64,000 nt of DNA from an uncultured Candidatus Saccharibacteria bacterium (GCA_964469335.1 CAYXYK010000003.1:132674-196673), one strand, 5' to 3'; counted from the first letter of the stretch, positions 23,432 to 33,240 are shown. Notes: generated from the letters alone by a model not told the origin. Numbers and translations are program-made.

Positions 23432-25209
23432 TGCCCATGATGTCGAGGAAGAGACTGATCGTATGTAGTGTCGCTCTCGCGGCAGTACTCGGGATATCAT
23501 GGTTCGTGCGTGCTTATCCTTTCCCGGGGCAGACTTCTACGCAGTCGCACGGGCGAGTGCATTATTCCTACTACGCAGATAAGGAAGATTATCGCTTCGT
23601 GGAGCGACCGGAATACACCAAGAAGATCGACGAGCATATCTTCGGCGGCATCGTTTCGCATCATCTCTTGGATGAGTCTGATATCAGCGACTTCTTTGCT
23701 GAGCTGAGACCGCAGTCACCACGCACGATCGTCATTATCGGACCGAATCATTTCGGAATCGGTGCGAGTGATGTCCTTGTTTCGAAGCTTCCATACGAGA
23801 CTCCGTGGGGGAACGTATACCCCGACATCGGGATCATCGACGCGCTTGTCGACACCTCGGCGCTCACCGTCGACGAATTACCGTTCACCAAAGAGCATGC
23901 CGTCTCCGCACTTGTCGCGCAAATAGCATATAACTTCCCGAAAGCAAGACTTGTGCCGATCATCATTCGCCATGGAACGGACGAATCGGAACTTCGACTG
24001 CTGACGCGACGATTGGACGAAATCCTCCCCGAAGACGCTGTTGTTATCGCAAGTGTGGATTTCTCGCATCATCTCGATCATCGGAGTGCCGAATTCCACG
24101 ATCGTCTCGCGCTCTCGGCGATCCGGGACTTCGACCTGGAGCGAGTGTCTCGGGCCGAGATAGACAGTCCCGAATCGATCAAGATCCTGCTCGGGTACCT
24201 CACGGCTCGCGATGCAAAGAAGATGACATACAAGAGGACTGATGCCGCGGAGGTCATCGGTGACCTTTCCAATCTAGATGTCACCAGCTATGTTTTCGCA
24301 CATTTCACCAAGGGGGAACAAGAGCATCCGCGCGTCGTGACCACGCTCCATTTCGGAGACATGATGTTCGATCGCGGAGTGAAGACATTCATCGACCGGG
24401 GAGGAGATCCGTTCGCACGGATCCGCGGCGTCGAGTCACATTTCCTCAAAGGGGTCGATATCATCACCGCGAACCTCGAAGGTCCGATCAGTGACTCGCA
24501 CCGATGTAAAGCAAAGGAGTACCTTTTTCGGTTCGCACCGAACATCGCGCGCCTGCTTGCGAAAGAAGGATTCCATGCGCTTAATATCGCGAATAACCAC
24601 AGTGCGGATTGTTATGGTGACGGGGTAGATGATACCCGCAAGCATCTCAGTGCTTCAGGGTTAGGCACATTCGGCGGCGATACAGCCACATCGAGCTATC
24701 TCATCAAGAAGGAGGGCGGAGCGAGTGTCGTGTTGATGGGGATAGACGAAACATCTTCGACTGACGAGCAACTCGAAGAGTACTATGCGACCATCACTGA
24801 ACTCAAAAGAACCAATGACCATGTCATCGTGCACATCCACTGGGGGACTGAATACGATACCAAGCCAGGGAATCGACAACGGTCGATCGGGCACAGACTC
24901 ATCGATAGCGGTGCCGATGTGGTGATCGGTCATCACCCGCATGTGATCCAGCCGGTCGAAGTATACAAAGGCGGTGCGATCTTCTATTCACTCGGGAATT
25001 TCGTTTTTGACCAGACCCTCGCATCGACCAGGCGGGGACTCGGTGTCGGTGTGGTGTGGAGTGAGCAGGAGCTTGAGTTCACCTTGTTCCCACATGCTGA
25101 CGACGGACATGGTCCCGCGCTGTTGCCATATGGTGAGACAAAGGATTTTTGTGCCTCGTTCCTCTTGGGGATCGAGACGATCGATGACTGTCGTTTTCGC
25201 ACCAGATGA
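23431..25209 (+). CDS. fusion protein: MEMO1-like (AmmeMemoRadiSam system protein B-like) N-domain + CapA/PgsA-type metallophosphatase C-domain
   Basis: N-terminal half has IIGPNHFG, LPFTKEHAVSALVAQIAY and VVIASVDFSHHL. C-terminal half has NNHSADCYG, HWGTEY and DSGADVVIGHHPHVIQPVEVYKGGAIFYSLGNFVFDQ. N-terminal signal anchor. Confidence 0.5.
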   Translation: MPMMSRKRLIVCSVALAAVLGISWFVRAYPFPGQTSTQSHGRVHYSYYADKEDYRFVERPEYTKKIDEHIFGGIVSHHLLDESDISDFFAELRPQSPRTIVIIGPNHFGIGASDVLVSKLPYETPWGNVYPDIGIIDALVDTSALTVDELPFTKEHAVSALVAQIAYNFPKARLVPIIIRHGTDESELRLLTRRLDEILPEDAVVIASVDFSHHLDHRSAEFHDRLALSAIRDFDLERVSRAEIDSPESIKILLGYLTARDAKKMTYKRTDAAEVIGDLSNLDVTSYVFAHFTKGEQEHPRVVTTLHFGDMMFDRGVKTFIDRGGDPFARIRGVESHFLKGVDIITANLEGPISDSHRCKAKEYLFRFAPNIARLLAKEGFHALNIANNHSADCYGDGVDDTRKHLSASGLGTFGGDTATSSYLIKKEGGASVVLMGIDETSSTDEQLEEYYATITELKRTNDHVIVHIHWGTEYDTKPGNRQRSIGHRLIDSGADVVIGHHPHVIQPVEVYKGGAIFYSLGNFVFDQTLASTRRGLGVGVVWSEQELEFTLFPHADDGHGPALLPYGETKDFCASFLLGIETIDDCRFRTR

Positions 25210-25304
25210 TACCGCCCTCGCGGTGTGTCGGCTGGGGACAATCACTTCGGCCTTTGTGGTATCATGGGCGCATCAGCGCGCTTCGCGCGCTCGTGTACAT
25301 CGAT

Positions 25305-26474
25305 ATGGGAGAGCACGTCGTCGTTATTAACGGAGGTTCGTCGAGCATCAAGTTCGCGCTCTTTGCTCGTGACGGCATGGCGAGGCTCTGGGGCGGAAAG
25401 ATCGATCGCATCGGGCTACCTGGTGCAACGCTCACACTCACGGACGGCGAGGGGAAGGAAGACGTGCTCACGATAGAGATACCCGATGTCCGCACCGCGG
25501 TCGAGGTCCTCATCGCGGTGCTCACCGATCGCGTCGACGTAGCAAAGGTGGAGGCGATCGGACACCGTTTCGTGCACGGTATGGATATTGCCGAACACGC
25601 TCCCATCACGAATCAGCTCCTCGCACGTATCCGCTCGTATGCAGACATCGATCCCGAACATCTCCCGATGCAACTCGCCATCGTCGACGCATGCAAAGCG
25701 GCATTTCCCGCACTCATGCAGGTCGCGTGTTTCGATACGGTGTTCCATCATGACATGCCGCGCGTCGCACAACTCTTGCCGCTCCCGCGTCGCTACGAGG
25801 CGAAAGGAGTGCGTCGGTACGGTTTCCACGGACTCTCGTGCGCATATCTCATCGAAGAGCTTCGCCGTATCGACCCAAAGCATGCGGACGGGAAGGTCAT
25901 TATCCTCCATCTCGGTAGTGGCGCAAGCGTCACCGCGGTAAGTGGGGGAAAGAGTATCGATACCTCGATGGGCTTCACTCCCGCAGGCGGCATTCCGATG
26001 AGTTCACGCGCAGGCGACCTCGATCCAGGCGCACTCAGCTATATCATGCGAGAGGACGATCTCACTCCGCTCGCACTCGAACACCTCATCAACTACGGTT
26101 CGGGGCTTCTTGGTGTCTCCGAGACCACCGCCGACATGTACGACTTGCTGCAGATAGAAGCGACCGACATCCGCGCAAAGGAAGCCATCGACCTCTTCTG
26201 TTATGAAGCAAAGAAACGCATCGGCGCGTACACGGCGGCGCTCGGCGGAGTGGACACGATCATCTTCTCGGGCGGAATCGGTGCGGTCGCTCCCGGTATC
26301 CGTGCGCGGATATGTGGAGGACTGGAAGCCTTTGGTGTTATAATCGAAGAGTCAAAGAATCAGGCGAACGAGAGTCTGATTTCGAGTACCTTAGCGCCGG
26401 TGTATGTACGAGTGATGCATACTGACGAAGAGCGCATGATAGCTCAACTTACTGGAGCAATTAATCGTTCATAA
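25305..26474 (+). CDS. ackA: acetate kinase
   Basis: N-terminus [16 protein letters not shown] and ASKHGT-type fold motifs. Adjacent to phosphoketolase. Confidence 0.8.
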   Translation: MGEHVVVINGGSSSIKFALFARDGMARLWGGKIDRIGLPGATLTLTDGEGKEDVLTIEIPDVRTAVEVLIAVLTDRVDVAKVEAIGHRFVHGMDIAEHAPITNQLLARIRSYADIDPEHLPMQLAIVDACKAAFPALMQVACFDTVFHHDMPRVAQLLPLPRRYEAKGVRRYGFHGLSCAYLIEELRRIDPKHADGKVIILHLGSGASVTAVSGGKSIDTSMGFTPAGGIPMSSRAGDLDPGALSYIMREDDLTPLALEHLINYGSGLLGVSETTADMYDLLQIEATDIRAKEAIDLFCYEAKKRIGAYTAALGGVDTIIFSGGIGAVAPGIRARICGGLEAFGVIIEESKNQANESLISSTLAPVYVRVMHTDEERMIAQLTGAINRS

Positions 26475-26481
26475 TTTCGTC

Positions 26482-28854
26482 ATGCAAAAAAATGAAAGAC
26501 CGCTGTCTCCCGACCTCCTCGCGAGAATGAATGCGTATTGGCGCGCAGCCAACTATCTCTCCGTCGGGCAGATCTATCTGTACGACAACCCGCTCTTGAA
26601 GCGTCCGCTCGAACTGTCCCATATCAAACCGACGCTCCTCGGTCACTGGGGGACTACACCCGGGCAGAATTTCATCTACGTCCACCTCAACCGCGTGATC
26701 AAGAATCATGACCTCAATATGATCTACGTCTCCGGTCCTGGACACGGCGGGCCTGCGCTTGTCGCCAACACCTACCTCGAAGGCACCTACAGCGAGATCT
26801 ATCCCAACATCAGTCAGAGCGAAGAGGGTATGAAGAAACTCTTCACCCAGTTCTCGTTCCCGGGCGGTATCCCGAGCCATGTCTCTCCCGAGTGTCCCGG
26901 TTCCATCCATGAGGGCGGCGAGCTCGGCTATTCGCTCAGTCACTCGTTCGGTGCGGTGTTCGACAACCCGTCACTCGTCGTTGCATGTGTCGTCGGTGAC
27001 GGTGAAGCCGAGACCGGACCGCTCGCGACCGCATGGCATTCCAATAAATTCCTCAATCCGATCTCGGACGGCGCAGTACTCCCGATCTTCCATTTGAACG
27101 GGTACAAGATCGCGAACCCGACCATCTTCGCCCGCATGGAGCGCGAAGAGCTCGAGCAGCTGTTCCGCGGCTATGGCTGGGATCCGCACTTCGTCGAAGG
27201 GGACGATCCCGAAGAGATGCATCAGTTGATGGCATTCGCGCTCGACAAATCGATCAGCGAGATCAAGCGCATCCAGACCCATGCCCGGAACGCAAAGGAT
27301 CCGTCGCGCCCGCGCTGGCCGATGATCGTCCTGCGCTCGCCGAAAGGTTGGACCGGACCGAAGATCGTCGACGGACTCCCGAACGAAGACTCGTTCCGCT
27401 CGCACCAAGTGCCGCTTTCTGTCGACAAGGATCATCCCGAGCATCTCACACTGCTTGAAGCATGGATGAAGAGCTACAAGCCCGAAGAGTTGTTCGACGA
27501 CAGCGGCAAGCTCAAAGAAGAGATCGCCTCGCTCGCTCCGAGCGGAGAGCAGCGCATGGGCGCGAACCCGAACGCCAACGGCGGACTCCTCTTGAAGGAT
27601 CTCCTCATGCCGGACTTCCGTAACTATGCGGTGCAGGTCTCGAAACCCGGTGCGGTGATGGCGGCAGACACTCAGGAGCTCGGCAAATTCTTCCGCGACA
27701 TCATCACGATGAACAAGGACGCGCGCAACTTCCGCATCTTCGGCCCCGACGAGACCCAGTCGAACAGACTCGGCTCAGTCTTCGAAGTAACCAACCGCCA
27801 ATGGAACGCGCGCAAATACCAAAGCGACGAATTCCTTGAGACCGACGGACGAGTGATGGAGATGCTCAGTGAACATCAGTGCGAAGGCTGGCTCGAAGGA
27901 TACCTCCTCACCGGTCGCCATGGCGTGTTCAACAGCTACGAAGCGTTCATCCATATCGTCGACTCGATGTTCAATCAGCATGCCAAGTGGCTCAAGGTGA
28001 CGCTCAAGCTCCCATGGCGCCGCAAGATCGCATCGCTCAACTACCTCCTTGCGTCACACGTGTGGCAGCAGGCGCACAACGGCTTCACTCATCAGGACCC
28101 GGGCTTCCTCGATACTGTCGTGAACAAGAAAGCCGAGATCGTGCGCGTCTACCTTCCACCCGATGCCAACTGCCTCCTTTCCGTCTATGATCACTGTCTC
28201 AAGAGTCGCCACTATGTGAACGTCGTCGTCGCTGGGAAATACATGGCGCCACAATGGCTCACCATGGACGAAGCGATCGCACATACCACCAAGGGCATCA
28301 GTATCTGGCCGTGGGCAAGTAGCGATCAGGGGTCCGAGCCCGACGTCGTGATGGTCGCCTGTGGTGACGTGCCGACCCGCGAGATACTCGCTGCGATCAT
28401 GATCCTGCGCGAGCATTTGCCGGAGATCAAGATCCGCATGATCAACGTCGTCGACCTGATGAAGCTCGTCCCGAGCACCGAACATCCGCACGGTCTCTCC
28501 GACATTGATTTCGAATCGCTGTTCACGAAGGACAAGCAGGTGATGTTCGCATTCCACGGCTACCCATGGCTCATTCACCGCCTGACCTACCGCAGAAAGG
28601 GTCACACCAACATCCATGTCCGCGGCTACAAGGAAGAGGGGACCATCACCACCAATTTCGACATGACGGTCTTGAACGAAATGGACCGCTTCCACCTCGT
28701 CATCGATGTCATCGACCGCCTACCGCAGCTCGGTTCGCGTGGCGCATACGTGAAACAGATGGCAGAGAATAAATTGGTTGAGCATCGACACTATATCGAT
28801 ACGCATGGCGAGGATCTCCCCGAGATCCGCGACTGGAAATGGAACGCCCTATAA
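26482..28854 (+). CDS. xfp: xylulose-5-phosphate/fructose-6-phosphate phosphoketolase
   Basis: 790 aa. Hallmark N-terminus ...[12 protein letters not shown]...GHWGTTPG and TPP-binding motifs. Confidence 0.85.
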   Translation: MQKNERPLSPDLLARMNAYWRAANYLSVGQIYLYDNPLLKRPLELSHIKPTLLGHWGTTPGQNFIYVHLNRVIKNHDLNMIYVSGPGHGGPALVANTYLEGTYSEIYPNISQSEEGMKKLFTQFSFPGGIPSHVSPECPGSIHEGGELGYSLSHSFGAVFDNPSLVVACVVGDGEAETGPLATAWHSNKFLNPISDGAVLPIFHLNGYKIANPTIFARMEREELEQLFRGYGWDPHFVEGDDPEEMHQLMAFALDKSISEIKRIQTHARNAKDPSRPRWPMIVLRSPKGWTGPKIVDGLPNEDSFRSHQVPLSVDKDHPEHLTLLEAWMKSYKPEELFDDSGKLKEEIASLAPSGEQRMGANPNANGGLLLKDLLMPDFRNYAVQVSKPGAVMAADTQELGKFFRDIITMNKDARNFRIFGPDETQSNRLGSVFEVTNRQWNARKYQSDEFLETDGRVMEMLSEHQCEGWLEGYLLTGRHGVFNSYEAFIHIVDSMFNQHAKWLKVTLKLPWRRKIASLNYLLASHVWQQAHNGFTHQDPGFLDTVVNKKAEIVRVYLPPDANCLLSVYDHCLKSRHYVNVVVAGKYMAPQWLTMDEAIAHTTKGISIWPWASSDQGSEPDVVMVACGDVPTREILAAIMILREHLPEIKIRMINVVDLMKLVPSTEHPHGLSDIDFESLFTKDKQVMFAFHGYPWLIHRLTYRRKGHTNIHVRGYKEEGTITTNFDMTVLNEMDRFHLVIDVIDRLPQLGSRGAYVKQMAENKLVEHRHYIDTHGEDLPEIRDWKWNAL

Positions 28855-28855
28855 G

Positions 28856-29030
28856 TTCAGCAAATAAACCCTGTCTGCGGCGTTGCGGAGCCTCAGCGAT
28901 TTCAGTCGCCGTACTGTGAGTACGACTTCTTCATCGCTACTCCGCGCCTTGCATCCAAGGTCTCTTTGCAGAACTTATGCTTCTCAGCCTAGACGAAATC
29001 AGTTCTCGCTGATCGATACTTCAAAAATGC
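28856..29030 (+). repeat. intergenic element, family copy R4
   Basis: Begins right after the xfp stop. Central hairpin CGTACT-gtg-AGTACG (28910-28924). Boxes gttcagcaaat and cgccttgcatccaa are shared with R2, R5 and R9. Confidence 0.4.
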
Positions 29031-29039
29031 ATAAGGAAA

Positions 29040-29063
29040 GGCGCACCGTGGGGTGCGCCTTTT
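29040..29063. terminator. bidirectional terminator hairpin GGCGCACC-gtgg-GGTGCGCC
   Basis: Same stem as at 20870. A-run and T-run flank it. Confidence 0.55.
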
Positions 29064-29064
29064 G

Positions 29065-29514
29065 TCACTTCGCTCGTCGTGCAGAGAAGCTGATGGTGAA
29101 CGAATGTTCCTCGTCCTTAAGTGTGCCGGCGGTGCGAACGACCCGACGCGCCTTCCATGCCTCTTCCATCCACGGGGCGGCTTTCCTGACCCACATCATC
29201 ACTTCGCGTGTGGTGATGAGCACGTCCACTTGGCTCGACCCCTCCGGCTGCGGGATGAAGGCGAATCTGAGCGTCACCCGCTCGGCGTTTTCCGACGCGA
29301 CTTCGGTTGCATACAGCGTGCACTCTTCGCACTCGGGAAGCATCTTCGGTCTGCCTTCCAGTGGAATGGTGACTTCGAGGAAGAACGGATACAATCCCGT
29401 CCTCCTGTTCTTGCGCTCTCGAACGAACTTGAGGGTAACAGGGACTTGGTCCATTGTGACTCCGGTTGTGACAGAACGATGACGTGAAATTACCACAAAT
29501 AGCTGCTTCGTCAA
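29065..29514 (-). CDS. hypothetical protein
   Basis: 149-aa ORF. Start uncertain (an internal Met at 29454 is also possible). Confidence 0.4.
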   Translation of the reverse strand: MTKQLFVVISRHRSVTTGVTMDQVPVTLKFVRERKNRRTGLYPFFLEVTIPLEGRPKMLPECEECTLYATEVASENAERVTLRFAFIPQPEGSSQVDVLITTREVMMWVRKAAPWMEEAWKARRVVRTAGTLKDEEHSFTISFSARRAK

Positions 29515-29584
29515 GACATCGAACGCGAGAAAAGTGGGATAAGCCCTGATTTTACCTGATTTCGCATGCTACAATGTGAGGGTA

Positions 29585-31855
29585 ATGAGGTTGAAACGGT
29601 TGGAAATCTTTGGATTCAAATCCTTCGGCAAGAAGGCTGTTCTCGAGTTCTCCTCACAGATCACCTCGGTCGTCGGTCCGAATGGTTCCGGCAAATCCAA
29701 TGTCGCAGAAGGTATCCGTTTCGTACTCGGTGAACAGTCGATGAAATCGATGCGCGGTAAACGCGGAGAGGACCTCATCTTCAACGGCTCACAGTCGACC
29801 GGCCGCGCCAACCGTGCGAGTGTTGCGATCGTGTTCGACAACTCGAAGCGCGAATTTCCACTCGACTTCGACGAAGTCTCCGTCTCGCGTGAAGTCTATC
29901 GCGACGGCTCCAATCAGTATTTCATCAACGGCTCACAGGTCCGCCTCAAGGACGTGTTCGAGCTCCTCGCTTCAGTCCACATCGGCGCCTCGGGCCATCA
30001 CATGATCTCACAAGGTGAAGCAGACCGTATCTTGAATGCAAACCCGAAGGAGCGCCGCGAGATGCTCGAAGACGCGCTCGGTCTCAAGGTCTACCAATAC
30101 AAGCGCGCCGAGAGTGAACGCCGACTCGAGAAGACCGAAGAGAACCTGAAGGAGGCAGAGGCACTTCGCCGCGAGATCGCTCCGCACCTGCGCTTCCTCA
30201 AGAAGCAGGTAGAGAAGGTCAACGAAGGCAAAGCCCTGCGCGAGCGCCTGATCGGACTCTATCGTGAATATCTGAAGCGTGAAGAGATCTATATCACCCG
30301 AAAGAAAGAAGAGATCGCCGGGAAGCGTGCGGATCCCGCAGCTGAACTCGCCGACCTCATGATCAAAATAGCGCATGCGCGCGAACTCCTCGCAGGCGAG
30401 AATGCCGGCGACGAAAAGAGCCAGCGCCTCCTCGCGGTGGACGCCAAACTGCGCGAAGTGCGCCAGCGCCACGACGAACATTCCCGCACCGCAGGCCGTA
30501 TCGACGGTATGATCGAGTTCGAGGAGAAGCAGCTCAAGAAAAAGCAGGAAGCCCTCGAACACAAAGAAGATATTCCCATTCGCCTCGGCGACGTCGAAGG
30601 GCTCGAGAGTACAATCGCACAGGAAATAGCCATCGCTGAGAATTCCGACGACCTCCATGTCATCCGCGGTGTGTTCGGTCGTGTTCGCGCAGCGGTTCGC
30701 GACTTCATCAATCATCACAAGGTACAGGCAGGCGAAAAGACCCTCACCCAAGAAGACTATCGCGAGCTCGAGGAGCTAAAGGCGGAGCGTGCCCGCGCAG
30801 AGGATTCGCTCCGTGCGGTTTCCGAGGAGTCGGCACAAATGGAACGCGAGTATCAGGCAGTGAAGGCAGAGATCGACGCCGAGAAGCAGCACTCACGCGA
30901 GACCGAGCGTGCACTCTTCGAGATGATGAACCGCCGCGGTGAGCTGCAGTCTGTGCTCGACCGGATCAAGAACGAAGAGGACAACATTCTGCGCGAAGGG
31001 CGCCGCCTCGAAGAAGAACTCGGCGAAGCCGGCATCCTGCTTGGCCGTGCGGTGCTCGACTATTCCAATATTGAGCTTTCGATCGAAGAGGTCATGGGTG
31101 AACCGCGTGATTCCCAGGAGCAGCGTCGCCGTGAGATCGAACGCGGCAAGATCCGTCTCGAGGACATCGGTGCCCAGGGTGGGGAAGATGTCGAGAAGGA
31201 ATTCGCCGAGACGACCGAACGCGACAAATACCTCGAGAATGAGATCGCCGATCTGGTGAAGACCCAAGAGTCCCTCTACTCACTCATCGCCGAACTCAAT
31301 GAGAAGCTCAACAACGAATTCCGCGACGGCGTGAAGAAGATCAACAAGCAGTTCAGCGACTTCTTTACCTTGATGTTCGGTGGCGGTGTCGCAGAGCTGT
31401 TCGTGGTGAAGATCGAGAAACGCGGCAAGAAGAAGGACACCGAACTCGATCTCTCTGATCTTCCGGGAGAAGCAGTGGACGGAGAAGAGGAAGAGGACGA
31501 AGAGGGTATCGACATTGCCGTCTCACTTCCGCACAAGAAGACCAAGGGGCTCGTCATGCTCTCCGGCGGTGAGCGCGCACTCACATCAATTGCACTTCTC
31601 TTTGCAATCTCTCAGGTTAACCCGCCGCCGTTCATGGTGCTCGATGAGACCGATGCTGCCCTCGACGAAGCAAACTCACGCAAGTATGGCGACATGATCG
31701 AGAATCTCGCCAAACTCTCGCAGCTGATGGTGATTACCCACAACCGCGAGACCATGTCACGCGCTGGCACTATTTATGGGATCACGATGGGGGCGGATGC
31801 GGTGTCGAAGGTGCTTTCGATCTCCTTTGACGACGCCTCAGCTGTCGCGAAGTAA
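29585..31855 (+). CDS. smc: SMC-like chromosome segregation ATPase, short (about 756 aa) and lacking a recognisable hinge
   Basis: N-terminus MRLKRLEIFGFKSFGK..GPNGSGKSN. C-terminal signature LSGGERALTSIALLFAI and D-loop MVLDETDAALDE. TACAAT box lies 9 nt before ATG 29585, with an in-frame GTG at 29576. Confidence 0.7.
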   Translation: MRLKRLEIFGFKSFGKKAVLEFSSQITSVVGPNGSGKSNVAEGIRFVLGEQSMKSMRGKRGEDLIFNGSQSTGRANRASVAIVFDNSKREFPLDFDEVSVSREVYRDGSNQYFINGSQVRLKDVFELLASVHIGASGHHMISQGEADRILNANPKERREMLEDALGLKVYQYKRAESERRLEKTEENLKEAEALRREIAPHLRFLKKQVEKVNEGKALRERLIGLYREYLKREEIYITRKKEEIAGKRADPAAELADLMIKIAHARELLAGENAGDEKSQRLLAVDAKLREVRQRHDEHSRTAGRIDGMIEFEEKQLKKKQEALEHKEDIPIRLGDVEGLESTIAQEIAIAENSDDLHVIRGVFGRVRAAVRDFINHHKVQAGEKTLTQEDYRELEELKAERARAEDSLRAVSEESAQMEREYQAVKAEIDAEKQHSRETERALFEMMNRRGELQSVLDRIKNEEDNILREGRRLEEELGEAGILLGRAVLDYSNIELSIEEVMGEPRDSQEQRRREIERGKIRLEDIGAQGGEDVEKEFAETTERDKYLENEIADLVKTQESLYSLIAELNEKLNNEFRDGVKKINKQFSDFFTLMFGGGVAELFVVKIEKRGKKKDTELDLSDLPGEAVDGEEEEDEEGIDIAVSLPHKKTKGLVMLSGGERALTSIALLFAISQVNPPPFMVLDETDAALDEANSRKYGDMIENLAKLSQLMVITHNRETMSRAGTIYGITMGADAVSKVLSISFDDASAVAK

Positions 31856-31960
31856 TTTTGGCGCCCTCCTCGTCCTTCCTTCGGCGAACTTCGTCACCGT
31901 ACACCGCGTACGGCTCCGAAGTATCACCTCAGTCCAGGACTTCGGATTGCATCCAAAATT
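31854..31960 (+). repeat. MITE-like intergenic element, family copy R5
   Basis: Terminal inverted repeats AATTTTGG/CCAAAATT. Central hairpin CCGTAC-accgc-GTACGG (31897-31913) covaries with the R2 hairpin. Confidence 0.5.
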
Positions 31961-32441
31961 CCTTCGCTCCAGGGGACGGGGGATAAGTGTGGTGGAGAGA
32001 GCACAGAAGCGGAACGTCCTCTGAAAGAAACTCATGGAGCAAAATCTCATACTTTGACAATCCGTGGACGGTGGAGTAGTTTTCTCTTCGGAGAGGTAAC
32101 AGACGGATAGTGGCATTTGCCCCAAGAAGTGAAGGTGACTCTTGGTCCAGAGATCGCTGACTCCTGCGGGGGAAGGCGTGAGGCAAGGAGGTTCGACCCC
32201 TCCCCGTTGCGAACGTACTAGGATGTACTGTGTAGGATAGGTCTGAGGCTTTGAAGTGGTGTCGCCAGGCATCATGGAGCCACCGTTGAAATAAGACCCT
32301 GTATGTCTGAAGAGCGAAAGTTCTGAGCATTGCAATCCGACGTCGATGGCACTCTCGACAACACCCAGCACCGTTAGGTGTGCGGTAGTGATGCGTTGAC
32401 CGAATGATCGCGTACATAGTAGCCCTCTCCACCCCATACCA
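31961..32441 (+). other. unassigned noncoding region (candidate structured RNA or decayed element) ending at a + strand terminator
   Basis: No credible ORF on either strand. Contains a UUCG-loop hairpin (tTCTCttcgGAGAg) and a tRNA-like T-arm. A + strand terminator lies at 32442-32467. Confidence 0.25.
32166..32214 (+). other. fragment resembling a tRNA 3' end (T-arm GGAGG-TTCGACC-CCTCC + acceptor strand CCGTTGC + G) with a possible 7-nt partner GCGGGGG
   Basis: Canonical T-loop TTCGACC. Position 70 of the acceptor strand is U. No D or anticodon arm could be folded upstream. Confidence 0.3.
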
Positions 32442-32467
32442 CCGCCGTGCTCAGCACGGCGGTTTTT
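32442..32467 (+). terminator. intrinsic terminator
   Basis: Hairpin CCGCCGTGC-tca-GCACGGCGG followed by T5. Confidence 0.55.
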
Positions 32468-32481
32468 CATTTTTCGGTATA

Positions 32482-32509
32482 GAAAAAAGCGGCCGAGGGT
32501 TCGGCCGCT
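32482..32509 (-). terminator. intrinsic terminator for 32533..32727
   Basis: Hairpin AGCGGCCGA-gggt-TCGGCCGCT with T6 on the minus strand. Confidence 0.5.
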
Positions 32510-32532
32510 TTGCGTGCGGGGGGGCTGGGTGC

Positions 32533-32727
32533 TCAGCGCCGCCGGTGCGGATGTCCGTAGTACGGCCCGTAGTAGTACGGGTAGTAGCACGAATAGCAGT
32601 AGAGCGGCAGGTAGATCACCGGGGCGTCCACCGCCACTTGTCGCGGATCGTGCACCGGGACCGGCGTGAAGGCGCAGCCGCCGAGGGCGAGGAAGACGAG
32701 GAGCGAAGCGATGGATCGGACGAGCAT
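32533..32727 (-). CDS. small putative lipoprotein with Tyr-rich C-terminus
   Basis: Signal peptide with lipobox-like LGGC. Tail YCYSCYYPYYYGPYYG. Confidence 0.45.
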   Translation of the reverse strand: MLVRSIASLLVFLALGGCAFTPVPVHDPRQVAVDAPVIYLPLYCYSCYYPYYYGPYYGHPHRRR

Positions 32728-32819
32728 GGCAGTCTCCGGAAGTTGAACAGCTACAATAATTGTACATATTTATATCATTTTGTCAAAGTCTACCTAGAGC
32801 ACGACCAAACGGCGGTAAA

Positions 32820-32848
32820 TTGACTTAGCATGCTAACTTTGCTATATT
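32820..32848 (+). promoter_or_regulatory. promoter TTGACT-N17-TATATT
   Basis: Near-consensus boxes upstream of 32898. Confidence 0.35.
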
Positions 32849-32897
32849 GCACAGGCACGTATTTGTGTACGCATCGAACAATCCAAAGGAGTCTCAC

Positions 32898-33104
32898 TTG
32901 AGTGCCATTCACGAACTACTCGTCCTTGGTCGAGCGCGGGGGATCATCGGCATCACTGCCGGTATGTCCTCAGAAGTCGAACCCACACCGGAGCCCGTCT
33001 CGGGTACTGGTCATGTCCGACGAGAACCGCAACAACAACAGCAGGGTACCCGTTACTCCGCCGAGCACATCCGCCAGCAGCAGGCGCAGCAGCAAGGCCA
33101 GTAG
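32898..33104 (+). CDS. small protein with Gln-rich C-terminus
   Basis: TTG start 6 nt after AAGGAG. 68 aa. Followed by a terminator. Confidence 0.4.
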   Translation: MSAIHELLVLGRARGIIGITAGMSSEVEPTPEPVSGTGHVRREPQQQQQGTRYSAEHIRQQQAQQQGQ

Positions 33105-33136
33105 TCTTCTATTCGTGCGCATCACGTGCACCCACG

Positions 33137-33164
33137 CTCCCGGAACTCCCGGGGCGTTTTTTTT
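33137..33164 (+). terminator. intrinsic terminator
   Basis: Hairpin CCCGG-aactc-CCGGG followed by T8. Confidence 0.45.
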
Positions 33165-33240
33165 GCGCCTTTGACTAAATCATTTTTCATATGTAGTTTA
33201 CAGGACGGAGTATCAGTCGTTTCCACAACAAGGAGTGTTC

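Noticed and set aside
28054-28695. 213-aa minus-strand ORF inside xfp
   Set aside because: Antisense to phosphoketolase.
30008-30751. 247-aa minus-strand ORF inside smc
   Set aside because: Antisense to the coiled-coil region of SMC. A-, L- and E-rich codons on the opposite strand give a long open frame by chance.
31970-32430. tmRNA (ssrA) in the noncoding stretch after smc
   Set aside because: It has a tRNA-like T-arm and acceptor strand, but no plausible tag reading frame ending in hydrophobic-AA-stop. There is no 5' GGGG...UUCGACGGG D-analog paired to the 3' end, and pseudoknots were not identifiable. A 7-bp acceptor pairing could only be made to a site 14 nt away.
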